IMG/VR virus record: IMGVR_UViG_3300037391_000017
Location: 39,415 to 103,414 of that record
Length of the DNA: 64,000 bases
DNA from: a virus
Strand: one strand, 5' to 3'
Made by a program: the position numbers and the translations under genes. Position 1 is the stretch's first letter, and each line of letters begins with the position of its first letter. Positions 30,632 to 40,918 of the stretch are shown in pieces. Under the pieces are notes generated by a model. The model did not search any database. It saw nothing but the letters and a program-made list of their open reading frames with translations, and was not told the origin of the DNA.

Positions 30632-33600
30632 ATGCCTAATCCTCCAAATCTCGGTTACGTAGGTCCAGTATCGGCGCTCATTGATAACAACAATGTCCTG
30701 ACCGTTAGCTGGGTGCCGCCGACAGGCCCGGACTACACAAACTGGGAAATTATTCTCAATGGGATTCCGACCGCCTCCGTGCCCGCACCATCCCCGTATT
30801 TAGGGACGCCATTGTTTTACACGACGACCTTAGCCGCAGGCTCGTATACGATGGACATGCTGACCAACGTTGCTGGCTCCCCGCCCGCATCGTTTGACTG
30901 GGAAGCGTTTAACTCGACTCTTAATGTATGGCAGTCCGTTGCTCCCCCGACCGGATCGTATCTCGCTTTCCCCGACGCTATCCCTTCGGCGGATGTCGTA
31001 TTCAGCAGCCTCACCCTCGAACTTGGGCAGCCTTTAACTCTTACGCTCCAGCCTGCGTACACGGGTGCCGACCAATGGCAGGTTCTTTGGCCTGATGGTT
31101 CGAATACGGGATGGCTGCCGTTGTCAGCATCTCTCTTGACCAAGCAATTCTCGATCACGGGTCCGTTGGACGTTGTAATTCAGACTCGCAGACTTTACAA
31201 CACTTCGTCAAACAGCCCAGCCGTCATTCTGATGCGGCAACTTACGGTTCAAATATTCGTTGTCGATCAGCAGTACACGGGGACGACCACGACCTCATCT
31301 TCCTTGACAGGCACGCTGGGTATCGGCGGTCAACAGGGATTTGAGATCACAGGCGCAACGGGCGTAGGCTCGGTCGCCAATCCATGGGAAGTGGCTGCTC
31401 GTGCGATTGTACGTGACACGGTTACTAACGAACTCAAGCTGCTCGTTGCGACGACTCGCTTCTCCAACGCTTCCTCCCTGCTAGGTACGATGGGTATCGA
31501 CGTATTCCCCATCGGAGGACGCCCGAAGGACAAGGAACTGATCGCACCTGTCTACGAGAACAGTTTCAACGCTCTCACATCTTCAATCCCCGTGAATATC
31601 ACGACGACGCAACTACCGACGAGCATTTACGTCGGCAAGGCCATGGCGGAATTCCAGATGCAGGCATCGGGTGGGAACACGCCGTATGCTTGGTACACGG
31701 ACGGTCTCCCTGCTGGTTTGAAGTTAAGCATCAATGGCGTGTTGAGCGGAACCCCGTTGACTTTGGGTACTTTCTCCATCAATTTCGCCGTACAGGATTC
31801 TAGCGTGCCGTTCTACATCGCCGAGGCCGCGTTCCCCATCACTGTCAGTACCGATTTGTTAGTGCAGATCGCGCTAGGCCAGACCGATGCCAACGGCAAC
31901 CTGCTCACACCGCTTGGAACTTCGCTTGGTGTGGCGCAAGTTGATACGCCTTACGCAGTCCTGATGGCAGTTGGAAATATTAACCCATCCAATCCTATTC
32001 CGGGCGGCTTGCCGCCGTACACGTGGAGCATCCCCGCTGGCAATTTGCCCGCTGGACTCAGCATCAACGCGACCACAGGGTTGATCTCGGGTACTCCGAG
32101 CACGTATAATTCATCTTCGGATTTCACCAAGACGTTCCCAGCGGTCGTTCAGGTGACGGATGCTATCGGTGCCATCGCCACGCAGACGTACACGATGACA
32201 CTGGAACCCGCCGCATTGCAGTATGGGAACATTGAACAGTCGCTCGTCTACGCGAATCAACAGTTCGGATTGACGATTCCAATCTTCGGTGGGTTCTCGC
32301 CTTACTACCTCCTTCAATTTCTTGTCCCGCCGCTGCAAGGCACATATTATGGCCCAGCAGCCATCGTAGATGGGCAAGTTCAGGTTGATGTCAACTACCC
32401 AACTGCGGGCACGTACTCGTTCATCGTTGTCATTCAAGACAGCGCGTCCCCTGTTGGGTATACGCCCGTAACGCCCGCCAAGCAGATCACGCAACAGTTC
32501 ACCATCACTGTTGAACCTGCGATCAGTGATCCTATCCTCGTCCCCGCTTTCGTGGATCATGTGTGGAACTTTGGAGACATCTACAAAGCAACCCCGCTCG
32601 CTATCACTGGAGACCTTGCAGGCTTCACTCTCGGCGGGACATTCATCAGTCTAAATTCCGCTATCCCCGTCATTGGCGGTGTTGTGTATACCGATACGCC
32701 CGGATTTTGCAGCGGCGGTGCTGGCGATGCTTATGCGAACCTGACTTTCATTGTTTCGGGATTCCAGCAAGCAAAAAACAACGGCACATTTTTGTGCACG
32801 GCGTCTACGGCGACCTCATTGACTTTGAATAACACGGCAAGCGTACCGGAGACTATCCCCGCACTCGGCTACGGCTATCCGCTTACTTCAGCCGCCCCCA
32901 CGCCTCTTCCATCGGGCTCCACGGGTAATCTCGCAAGTCCTATCGCTCCGTTCTCGTTGACGACAACGTATACATTCGCCACTGCTCAACCGAGTGCGGC
33001 ATTGAATGCTCTTGTCGGACAACAGATCGTCGTAAGCGGCTTCGTGACTAACCCTTCCAACAACGGTCCGTTCTACTGTGTAGATTCCACTGCGACCCAA
33101 TTGATACTGAGTAATAAACTCGGTACGAACGAAAATGCTCCGAGCAGTACGTATTCGTTAATTTCGGCGATTAGCGGGAGCGCCTCAGCATCTCCAGTCA
33201 CTCTGGAACTTGGCATCGCGGCAAATTATGCCATCCTTGCATACAGTGGAATTACGGGTTCGGGTTTTGACACGATCACAGGCGGTGACATTGGTACACA
33301 GACGGCTACAATCACTGGCTTCAACCCACCGCCCGCCACTGTTGACAACGCTGACGCGGCCAATGCACGTATCGCTGGCAACGCGGCATATCTCTACTAC
33401 AGCGGGTTGACTCCCACCCTCTCGGGCCTGTCGAATCTGAGTACCAGCGGTAACGGTTCGAGCGCATCGACTTATATTCCGGGTGTCTATGTTGGCGCGT
33501 CCAGCTTGAACATCCCCACCACAATCACTCTCGATGCTCAGGGAAATCCGAATGCCGTGTTCGTGTTCTTCGCCGGTTCGACAATCATGCTTCAAAGCGG

Positions 33601-36600
33601 AGCATCAGTTCTATTGGTTAACGGAGCGCAGGCAGCTAACGTTGTTTGGTGTGTTGGAAGTTCCTTCACACAGGTCGGGTCTGCCGATACAATGGTCGGC
33701 ACCATCCTTGCCTACGCGAGCATCACGTTGAATGGCGGAAACCTAAACGGTAGAGCGTTAGCCGTAGGTGGTGGTAACGGAGCCGTGACAATCGCGGCGG
33801 CTGAGGTGGTTACAGTATCGTCTGGAAGCGGTTCTCCTTCCACTACAGTTTACGCCGCCGAACCGGGCACGTTCCCACTGTCGCTGTCGGGTAACTTCAC
33901 AGTCACAGGATTTGACTACGCTGGAAATAACGGCATATTCGCTATTGTATCGGTCCCCTCAACGAGCGAACTGATTTTGGCTAACCCCAACGGTTCGCCG
34001 ACCATCGACTATGCTGCTGGTAGTCCTCCAGTCGCCGCAGCTACTCAGATAGCGGTAGCGGTACAGGCGGCAGCGAAGGCATTGCAAGTACAATCGGGTG
34101 CAGTTTTGGCGGACGGCATCGTAATCGCCATCGATCCAATCATTCCAGAAGTAGAAGTCAGTGGGCCTCCATCGGGGGTTTACGGTAACGTGCAGTACAT
34201 GCTGCCTCTCCTGCTTCAGTTGGCAGGTGTCACCGAAGCTACGGCGTCTCAGCCGTACACATTCTTGACGCACAACGATTCGGCGGCTCTCGGCTGGGTA
34301 CAGGGTACGGACATTGGGGTGATAAGCACAACCACACGTCCCTACATTGTCGGAGAAGTTGTCGGTCTGAACCCGCGTCAGCCGTACTACAACTCGCCCT
34401 ACGTTCCTTCAATTACCCCTAATCCTGCGCCAAGTGATGCTCCGTGGAGTGCCACGATGCCTGCTACGGTTGGAGGTAAGGCGAACGGACTGCCGCCGGG
34501 TCTTTCACTCGATGCAAACACGGGATTGATTTACGGTACGCTCACGGGCACCGTGTCCCCAACTTTCACCAGTGTCATTCAGTACACAGGTGCGACTGGT
34601 ATAGTCCACGGTGTGTTGACAATCACTTGGAATACTGTAGCGAGTGCTTTCGCCTTGATCGATAACATTCAAGACGGTATATCTCTCGGCACGATGCTGA
34701 CAGGTACGACGAGTTCGCCTACCATGTACATAACCGTACCTGCGGGCGTCACGCCGATCTCGGCTTCCGTTTACTACGCAAGAGGCGTTCTCAGCGGCAC
34801 ACTTCCAGCAGGCTTAGTCCTAAGCTCTACCGCCGATATAAACGGCAATTTCTACATCACGGGTTCGGCTACAGAGAGCGGATATTTCGATGTTTGGTTC
34901 CAAGTCATCGCGAATACGGGCATTGCGTATCTGCATCACCGCCTCTCCGTTAATTTTGCCGCTCCGTTGACGATTGTCAGCACATCGCTGCCAAACATCA
35001 GTGCCCTGTTTTACGATACGCAACTGCAAGGATTTGGTGGACAACCGTCCTACACATGGTCGGCGGTCTTCCCAGCGGGAGCCGCAGGGTTGAGTATCAG
35101 TGCATCTGGGTTAATCACTGGTACGTTGTCCTCGCCTCCGGGGTCTAGCCCCACTGATCTCGGTAACGTCGCGGTCACCTTGACGGATCAGCGAGGCCCA
35201 AGTTCCGCCGTCACAGTGCAGCTTGACCTCACGTACAACAACAATCTGAGTATCACAACGCCATCGCTGGGTATAGCGACGGTCACCGATGATCCTAACG
35301 GATACGCATTCCAGATGCAGGCCGCGAGCGGCACACCGCCGTACACGTGGAATCTTGTCACGGGTACTCTGCCGACAGGCATTACGCTCAGCAGTTCGGG
35401 GTTGTTGTCAGGCACTTACGCAGGTGCGCTCGGCGGGTCTTACCCCGTGAATATTTCCGTTACAGACTTTGTGTCCACGGTTGTATCCCGCAACTTCACC
35501 GTGACTACGGGCGTCCTGACTGGAAGCATCAACGATAGCGGGGTGGGACTCATACCGCGAGGCGCGGCATACCAAGGAACACTCGTGGCGACGTTGTGCA
35601 TGATACCGCCGATACAGTGGCAGGTTGCACCCACCACGGGTTATCCGAACCTCCTTCCTTCGGGTCTGGCATTGCAGGCAAATGGTGCGGGAGCGACGGC
35701 GACGATTGCCGGTACGTACCCATTACCCCCATCTCTGATCGCCCCCATACTGGTCGATTACCCAGTCAGGGTTGTCGCAGTGGACAGTTTGGGCGACACG
35801 GCAGAGATCATCCTAGAACTCAGCACCGACACAAATCTGGTCATCATTGGATGGGATACTGTGCCCGCATCGGGTACGGTTCAGTCGTTCCCATTGCCGA
35901 ACGCGGTTATCACCGCTAATTACGGCCCAATCCAACTCGTCGCGATTAACGGCGTACCCGTGGTGGTGGATGGGGTTGATGGTGGGGCGTACAACCAATA
36001 CAACTGGAGCAGCGTTCCGACATTCCCATTCAACGGGCTTTCACTTTCAGGAAGTGGATCGACGGCAGGTCAAATTTCGGGTGCAGCTTCGACGCGGTTC
36101 ACCCAGAGCTTCGTCTTCACGGTGTCGGACAATCTCACGCCGCCCAACACGGCACAGATCACCACGACGCTTTCTTCGCAGACATCATCACTGACCATTA
36201 CCACTGCATCGCTACCGTCCGCAGCGGCAGGTGTTCCGTATTCAGCCCCGCTGACAGAAACGGGCGCACAGGGCACTCCTACATGGTCTATCGTTGGCGG
36301 GGCTCTACCGTCAGGGCTCTCGTTGTCGTCTACGACGGGCAGCACAATTCAGATTGTAGGCACCACGATTCAGGTTGGGCCTGCTTCCATCACGTTCCGG
36401 GTGACGGATGTTGGCGGACCTAACAACGGTGCGTACTTCAACAAAACCCTCACCCTCACGGTCGCTTCAGGGTTGACATTGCAGACTGGGATCGATTACA
36501 CGGACTCGACCACGTACAACATCCTCGGGTACGTCGATAAGGGCAACGTGGTTTCCATTTCCCCGCGCCCAAACCTGTCGTTCTATGTGGTTGCAACAAA

Positions 36601-36883
36601 AGTGGTCAGTACCAGCCCAAGCGGGCTCACGATAGTTGCTCCTGCTGGATTTACAGCGACCGTTGTGTCTCTCACAGGCCCATCGGGGAATGCTGTGGCT
36701 CAGATTCAGGTGACTGGGCCGTTCTCGTCGGGGACGCTTGGGAATAACAATTTCAGCATTTCGGTAACGGATTCAGGTGTTACGAAAACAGGAACCTTTA
36801 TATGGGTGGTCTACGATGACGGGGCGCTGCGGCTGGCACCGCAGACGGGTTCATTCCCAGTCAAGTTGACGACACCGAACTAA
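30632..36883 (+). CDS. Giant virion fibre/decoration protein with repeated Ig-like (He_PIG) domains and a DUF3494 ice-binding-like domain
   Basis: 2083 aa; repeated GG.PPYTW...LPAGLS...G.ISGTP units; DUF3494 motif at about 33200-33800. Confidence 0.75.
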   Translation: MPNPPNLGYVGPVSALIDNNNVLTVSWVPPTGPDYTNWEIILNGIPTASVPAPSPYLGTPLFYTTTLAAGSYTMDMLTNVAGSPPASFDWEAFNSTLNVWQSVAPPTGSYLAFPDAIPSADVVFSSLTLELGQPLTLTLQPAYTGADQWQVLWPDGSNTGWLPLSASLLTKQFSITGPLDVVIQTRRLYNTSSNSPAVILMRQLTVQIFVVDQQYTGTTTTSSSLTGTLGIGGQQGFEITGATGVGSVANPWEVAARAIVRDTVTNELKLLVATTRFSNASSLLGTMGIDVFPIGGRPKDKELIAPVYENSFNALTSSIPVNITTTQLPTSIYVGKAMAEFQMQASGGNTPYAWYTDGLPAGLKLSINGVLSGTPLTLGTFSINFAVQDSSVPFYIAEAAFPITVSTDLLVQIALGQTDANGNLLTPLGTSLGVAQVDTPYAVLMAVGNINPSNPIPGGLPPYTWSIPAGNLPAGLSINATTGLISGTPSTYNSSSDFTKTFPAVVQVTDAIGAIATQTYTMTLEPAALQYGNIEQSLVYANQQFGLTIPIFGGFSPYYLLQFLVPPLQGTYYGPAAIVDGQVQVDVNYPTAGTYSFIVVIQDSASPVGYTPVTPAKQITQQFTITVEPAISDPILVPAFVDHVWNFGDIYKATPLAITGDLAGFTLGGTFISLNSAIPVIGGVVYTDTPGFCSGGAGDAYANLTFIVSGFQQAKNNGTFLCTASTATSLTLNNTASVPETIPALGYGYPLTSAAPTPLPSGSTGNLASPIAPFSLTTTYTFATAQPSAALNALVGQQIVVSGFVTNPSNNGPFYCVDSTATQLILSNKLGTNENAPSSTYSLISAISGSASASPVTLELGIAANYAILAYSGITGSGFDTITGGDIGTQTATITGFNPPPATVDNADAANARIAGNAAYLYYSGLTPTLSGLSNLSTSGNGSSASTYIPGVYVGASSLNIPTTITLDAQGNPNAVFVFFAGSTIMLQSGASVLLVNGAQAANVVWCVGSSFTQVGSADTMVGTILAYASITLNGGNLNGRALAVGGGNGAVTIAAAEVVTVSSGSGSPSTTVYAAEPGTFPLSLSGNFTVTGFDYAGNNGIFAIVSVPSTSELILANPNGSPTIDYAAGSPPVAAATQIAVAVQAAAKALQVQSGAVLADGIVIAIDPIIPEVEVSGPPSGVYGNVQYMLPLLLQLAGVTEATASQPYTFLTHNDSAALGWVQGTDIGVISTTTRPYIVGEVVGLNPRQPYYNSPYVPSITPNPAPSDAPWSATMPATVGGKANGLPPGLSLDANTGLIYGTLTGTVSPTFTSVIQYTGATGIVHGVLTITWNTVASAFALIDNIQDGISLGTMLTGTTSSPTMYITVPAGVTPISASVYYARGVLSGTLPAGLVLSSTADINGNFYITGSATESGYFDVWFQVIANTGIAYLHHRLSVNFAAPLTIVSTSLPNISALFYDTQLQGFGGQPSYTWSAVFPAGAAGLSISASGLITGTLSSPPGSSPTDLGNVAVTLTDQRGPSSAVTVQLDLTYNNNLSITTPSLGIATVTDDPNGYAFQMQAASGTPPYTWNLVTGTLPTGITLSSSGLLSGTYAGALGGSYPVNISVTDFVSTVVSRNFTVTTGVLTGSINDSGVGLIPRGAAYQGTLVATLCMIPPIQWQVAPTTGYPNLLPSGLALQANGAGATATIAGTYPLPPSLIAPILVDYPVRVVAVDSLGDTAEIILELSTDTNLVIIGWDTVPASGTVQSFPLPNAVITANYGPIQLVAINGVPVVVDGVDGGAYNQYNWSSVPTFPFNGLSLSGSGSTAGQISGAASTRFTQSFVFTVSDNLTPPNTAQITTTLSSQTSSLTITTASLPSAAAGVPYSAPLTETGAQGTPTWSIVGGALPSGLSLSSTTGSTIQIVGTTIQVGPASITFRVTDVGGPNNGAYFNKTLTLTVASGLTLQTGIDYTDSTTYNILGYVDKGNVVSISPRPNLSFYVVATKVVSTSPSGLTIVAPAGFTATVVSLTGPSGNAVAQIQVTGPFSSGTLGNNNFSISVTDSGVTKTGTFIWVVYDDGALRLAPQTGSFPVKLTTPN

Positions 36884-36890
36884 GGAAAAC

Positions 36891-39575
36891 ATGGCTACCG
36901 TATCAGAGACAATCGTCGTAACTGTAACGGGTGTAAACCCGCAAACGAAGGACTACTCTGTCCTCGTGAACACCGCCACGGGCGATGCCGTGAGTAATCC
37001 GCTTACGATCTCTTACGTGGGCACAAATGCGGGTACTGACCAGATCGTAGCGACCATGCCCTCGCACTCGCTCACGTCAAACACGGCGGAAATTGTATGG
37101 CAGGGGGTAAACGGCACGGTTGCCGTGAGCGACACCATCAACGGTACTGTGTACGCGAATTCAGGACAAACTCCGGGGTGGATTGGATTCGGCGGTGCAA
37201 ATCAAGGTTCCTTCACAACGAACTCGTTGATCTTCAACGAGGTCATCCAGAACACGCCTCTTAGCCCGTACTGCGAACCGAACAACGTCTCAGGTTGCGG
37301 CGGCGGCTACAAGAAAATTCCGATGGACGCCCTGCAACAGGCAACCACGGGAGGGGTTTGGGTGAGTAATAAATCGGTTCCGGGTTCGGGCAGCGGCTCA
37401 ACTGGCAACCCGTTCATCATGGACTTAACGGGGTACTTCATAGTTGGCACTCCCGGCACTTACACCATCGCTATGACCTTCGCAAACGTGAGCACCCCCG
37501 CTCTCTGGATCGGTGGGGGGGCTTCGATTGGTTCGAACGGAATCACTAACGGAGGTGCGAATCCGTTCCCAGCGGCAGGACCGAATACAACCTTCTGGAA
37601 TGCTCAAACTCCGACTTCCAGCCATCTTGCTCTTGCCAGTAATGAGAATCCCGGTCTATACGGCGGTACTGTCAGTGCATACGTCACCTTCTCGGCTGCC
37701 GGTAAGTACCCGTTTGAGGTGGTCTACAACCAATACAAACCCTGTCAGTTCGGTGGCGACAACAACAGCTATTTCCAAATCATTTTCGTATCGGGACAAA
37801 GCACCATCTACACCAACAACGAGGGGAACGGACCCCAATGGCCGACGATGCTGCCCGTAGCCGTCGTAGCTCCTCCAGCGCAAGGGGCGGTGGGGTCACG
37901 AGCATTACAATTGTCGGTCACCTCGGGTATCGCCACACCAACTTCCTTCACATCCGAATTAGAACCTCAGGGTACAACTCAAGACTTGTACCTGACAGTC
38001 GGTCACGCGGTTCCCATAGCCTACACCACCATTCCGTACATCCCCGTCTTGGAAACCGTTGCGGGTAGCGTTTTTCTTTACGACAGCGGAAGCGTGTTCA
38101 ATTTCGGCGGTCAGAACTACGGCGGGCAATCGGTAACTGGAATGGCTGCCCCCGCCATCGCAGCGGGAGCGATAGCTCTTTCGGGCGACAACACGGCTTG
38201 GCAAGGACTGTTCAACATCACCTACAGCGGCCTCAACCCCACTGGATATGGTGTGTTGGCGTTTAATGGCGGTTCAGTGGTGTCGGGTGTCGATGTCACT
38301 AACTTGGTAATCACGGCAGATGACATTGCATGGTACAACAGCGCGAACACCAGCGTGGACTTGTTCACCGCAGCCAGCGGCGGCGATTTGCAATACCCAA
38401 TTCAGGTAGCATATATGGTCATGCCTGTCCGATCAGGCATCACGGTTACCCCGTCTACATTGCAGGCCAACGGCTCGGCTCAGACTCTTACGGTCAACTT
38501 GCCGAAGCCGATGAGTCCCGAACAACAAGGATTGTACGGCACAGGTAACACGGTCAATACTCCCACAGTTTCAGCCACGGGCGGCGTTACAATTTCTACT
38601 CCCCCTACCCCAGTCCTGAATGGCAGCGGATGGCTCACGGGTTGGACTATGAAAGTCACTGTGCCCTCAAGTCCATCCAGTGGCTCTTTCCAATTGACCT
38701 TTGGCGTTACGGGCACGCTCACGTACTTGAATGGAACCTCGTTTACGACTGGCACCGTCACCTACATTTCGGGTTCGAGCGCACTCGCCACGATTGCTAC
38801 GACAGGCAACTCGTATACTCAACCCACTAACTATTCCTTTGTGGTCAGCGGCGGCAGAACGGGCACAGCACCGAACTATACGATTACCGGAAGCATCACT
38901 CTGACGGCGGTCATATTCAGCACGGACAATGGCTCGTTCGCAAACAACAGTTTCTTCCGCATCCACAGTGCGACAAAGACAACGATAGGCACGGGCACCG
39001 TCACGGCTGGGCCTACTCCTGTTGCTGGCGGCTACCATACCACTATCGCCATTACGACCACCAGTGCTTACGCTTGGGGAACGCCCGTTAGCCTTGGGTA
39101 CACGGCAACGGATTCGTTGAGCACTTACAGCGTCAACTACACCGATTCAAACACGTACAACAACGGCAACCCAGAACCGGGCGGCGGGGGCGGTGGAGGG
39201 GGCGGCGGGGGCGGGTGCTTCACGGGTTCAGTTGAACTCAAAGCTCCCGAAGGCTTCGTAGCATTTGAAGACTTCCCGAGAGGTGAAGCATTTGAGATCG
39301 TCAATGAGACGGGCACTCACATGGCCGAACTCTTGGTGCACGAGAACTACGCGGGATGGATGGTTGTTCTCGATGACGACAAGCTCGTCACCTTGAACCA
39401 CTTGATGAAGATGGCTGATGGTGCATGGGATCGTGCGGATGAGAAGTACGCTGATCTGCCGCATGTGTGGTTCGAAGGCACTGTCTACAACCTGCACGTG
39501 CTGTCTGACAATGAACAAGACAAGCACTACATCTTGTTCAACGGGGACGTGGCGCACAACCTGAAGGAAGTGTAA
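36891..39575 (+). CDS. Tail fibre/receptor-binding protein with PA14/GLEYA-like domain and C-terminal Hint domain
   Basis: LTGYFIVGTPGTYTI...GKYPFEVVYNQ; poly-Gly followed by CFTGS...VYNLHV...HYILFNGDVAHN. Confidence 0.7.
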   Translation: MATVSETIVVTVTGVNPQTKDYSVLVNTATGDAVSNPLTISYVGTNAGTDQIVATMPSHSLTSNTAEIVWQGVNGTVAVSDTINGTVYANSGQTPGWIGFGGANQGSFTTNSLIFNEVIQNTPLSPYCEPNNVSGCGGGYKKIPMDALQQATTGGVWVSNKSVPGSGSGSTGNPFIMDLTGYFIVGTPGTYTIAMTFANVSTPALWIGGGASIGSNGITNGGANPFPAAGPNTTFWNAQTPTSSHLALASNENPGLYGGTVSAYVTFSAAGKYPFEVVYNQYKPCQFGGDNNSYFQIIFVSGQSTIYTNNEGNGPQWPTMLPVAVVAPPAQGAVGSRALQLSVTSGIATPTSFTSELEPQGTTQDLYLTVGHAVPIAYTTIPYIPVLETVAGSVFLYDSGSVFNFGGQNYGGQSVTGMAAPAIAAGAIALSGDNTAWQGLFNITYSGLNPTGYGVLAFNGGSVVSGVDVTNLVITADDIAWYNSANTSVDLFTAASGGDLQYPIQVAYMVMPVRSGITVTPSTLQANGSAQTLTVNLPKPMSPEQQGLYGTGNTVNTPTVSATGGVTISTPPTPVLNGSGWLTGWTMKVTVPSSPSSGSFQLTFGVTGTLTYLNGTSFTTGTVTYISGSSALATIATTGNSYTQPTNYSFVVSGGRTGTAPNYTITGSITLTAVIFSTDNGSFANNSFFRIHSATKTTIGTGTVTAGPTPVAGGYHTTIAITTTSAYAWGTPVSLGYTATDSLSTYSVNYTDSNTYNNGNPEPGGGGGGGGGGGGCFTGSVELKAPEGFVAFEDFPRGEAFEIVNETGTHMAELLVHENYAGWMVVLDDDKLVTLNHLMKMADGAWDRADEKYADLPHVWFEGTVYNLHVLSDNEQDKHYILFNGDVAHNLKEV

Positions 39576-39578
39576 GAC

Positions 39579-40916
39579 ATGGCTACCACAAATCCGTACA
39601 CGTATGCCTACACTGGGCCTCCGTTCAATTGGCTCGGGCATGTCTCCGAGACTCAGTTCAAAGCCTTTCAAAGTTGGTACACAGCTTTGAATATCAGTGC
39701 GCCCGCGTCTTCCGCCGCCACGTCTCCCGGAAGCACGAGCACAAATCCCGCCGCCCCGCCGAGCGCGGGAACCACCACTCCCATAACCCCACAGTCGAAT
39801 TCGTCAACCACCAGTGCAGCGGCTCTGGCTGCGACCATCGTCAAGAATTTCGAAGGATTCAGTGCAACAGCATATCCCGATCCTGCGGGACAGACGAAAA
39901 CGTATTCCATTGGGTATGGGCATCAGATTGTTCCGGGTGACGGGCTTTCTACGTCATCGGTAGTGACGATGGATCAAGCGAATACGCTTTTGATGTCCGA
40001 CCTGTCGGCGTCGATCAATACCGTCAACAATTCCGTAATGTCGCCGACACCCTTGGAGCCCACTCAGACGGCGGCTTTAGTCTCGCTGGCGTACAACATC
40101 GGCGGCACTGCTTTTAAGAATTCTACACTGGTTTCTGATCTCAACAGCGGCAATACGGCTGCGGCAGCGGCTCAATTTAACAACTGGGTGTACGCTGGCG
40201 GGACTGTAAATTCGTCGTTGGTTGCTCGGCGTACACAGGAGCAAGCACTTTTCAGCACGGGCGTGATCCTGAGCAACACGGGCACCCCGACCGTCAACGC
40301 CGCCAATGCCGCCAACAGCGGTGGGTCGATGACCACCCAGCTTCACTATCAGATTCGGGCTCAGCAGCTACGGAAGACCGCAGGAGCCTTGGAACAGTTT
40401 TACATGACGGTCAATGACGAGCAGCTTTCCACCACGTTTACGAAGGCTGCATGGCAGCCCGCGTCGGCAGGACACTTTCAGTACGCCCATCGAGATGACC
40501 ACCTACCCATGGTCGCTATGGGCAAAATCAAGGGCTATCTGAAAGAGCGGCTCCAGCGTCAGGACGACTCGGTTTTCCACATGAACCACGCCCGCAATAT
40601 CATTGAAAAGGTTGAGGATAAGGCACAATATCAATCGGACGCCATGACGCAAGTCCCCAATCTGATTTCTCAAATCAACGGCTATTTTGCTCTTCCGCAA
40701 TACGCTCCTGTTCTAGTGAAGGACCAAACGGACGTGTACCCAGCGGGTTCGACAACGCCTCGGTATCGGGTACATGAGCTTGATCCTCCGACAATTTGGG
40801 AAATGGAACAGCACGCACGGGCTGTGCCCGGTGGCTCCATCAACTTGAAGGAGACGCCGCAGCCAGCAACACCGAATCCCGCTGCTACCGCTACCTCCAC
40901 TTCCACCAATGGTTAA
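39579..40916 (+). CDS. Virion protein with internal GH24 (T4-type) lysozyme domain
   Basis: FEGFSATAYPDPAG...SIGYGH...ALVSLAYNIG...FKNSTL...WVYAGG...LVARRTQEQALF. Confidence 0.85.
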   Translation: MATTNPYTYAYTGPPFNWLGHVSETQFKAFQSWYTALNISAPASSAATSPGSTSTNPAAPPSAGTTTPITPQSNSSTTSAAALAATIVKNFEGFSATAYPDPAGQTKTYSIGYGHQIVPGDGLSTSSVVTMDQANTLLMSDLSASINTVNNSVMSPTPLEPTQTAALVSLAYNIGGTAFKNSTLVSDLNSGNTAAAAAQFNNWVYAGGTVNSSLVARRTQEQALFSTGVILSNTGTPTVNAANAANSGGSMTTQLHYQIRAQQLRKTAGALEQFYMTVNDEQLSTTFTKAAWQPASAGHFQYAHRDDHLPMVAMGKIKGYLKERLQRQDDSVFHMNHARNIIEKVEDKAQYQSDAMTQVPNLISQINGYFALPQYAPVLVKDQTDVYPAGSTTPRYRVHELDPPTIWEMEQHARAVPGGSINLKETPQPATPNPAATATSTSTNG

Positions 40917-40918
40917 CT

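Noticed and set aside
39216-39575. Canonical splicing intein
   Set aside because: There is no Cys/Ser/Thr after HN and only four residues follow; treated as a Hint cleavage domain.
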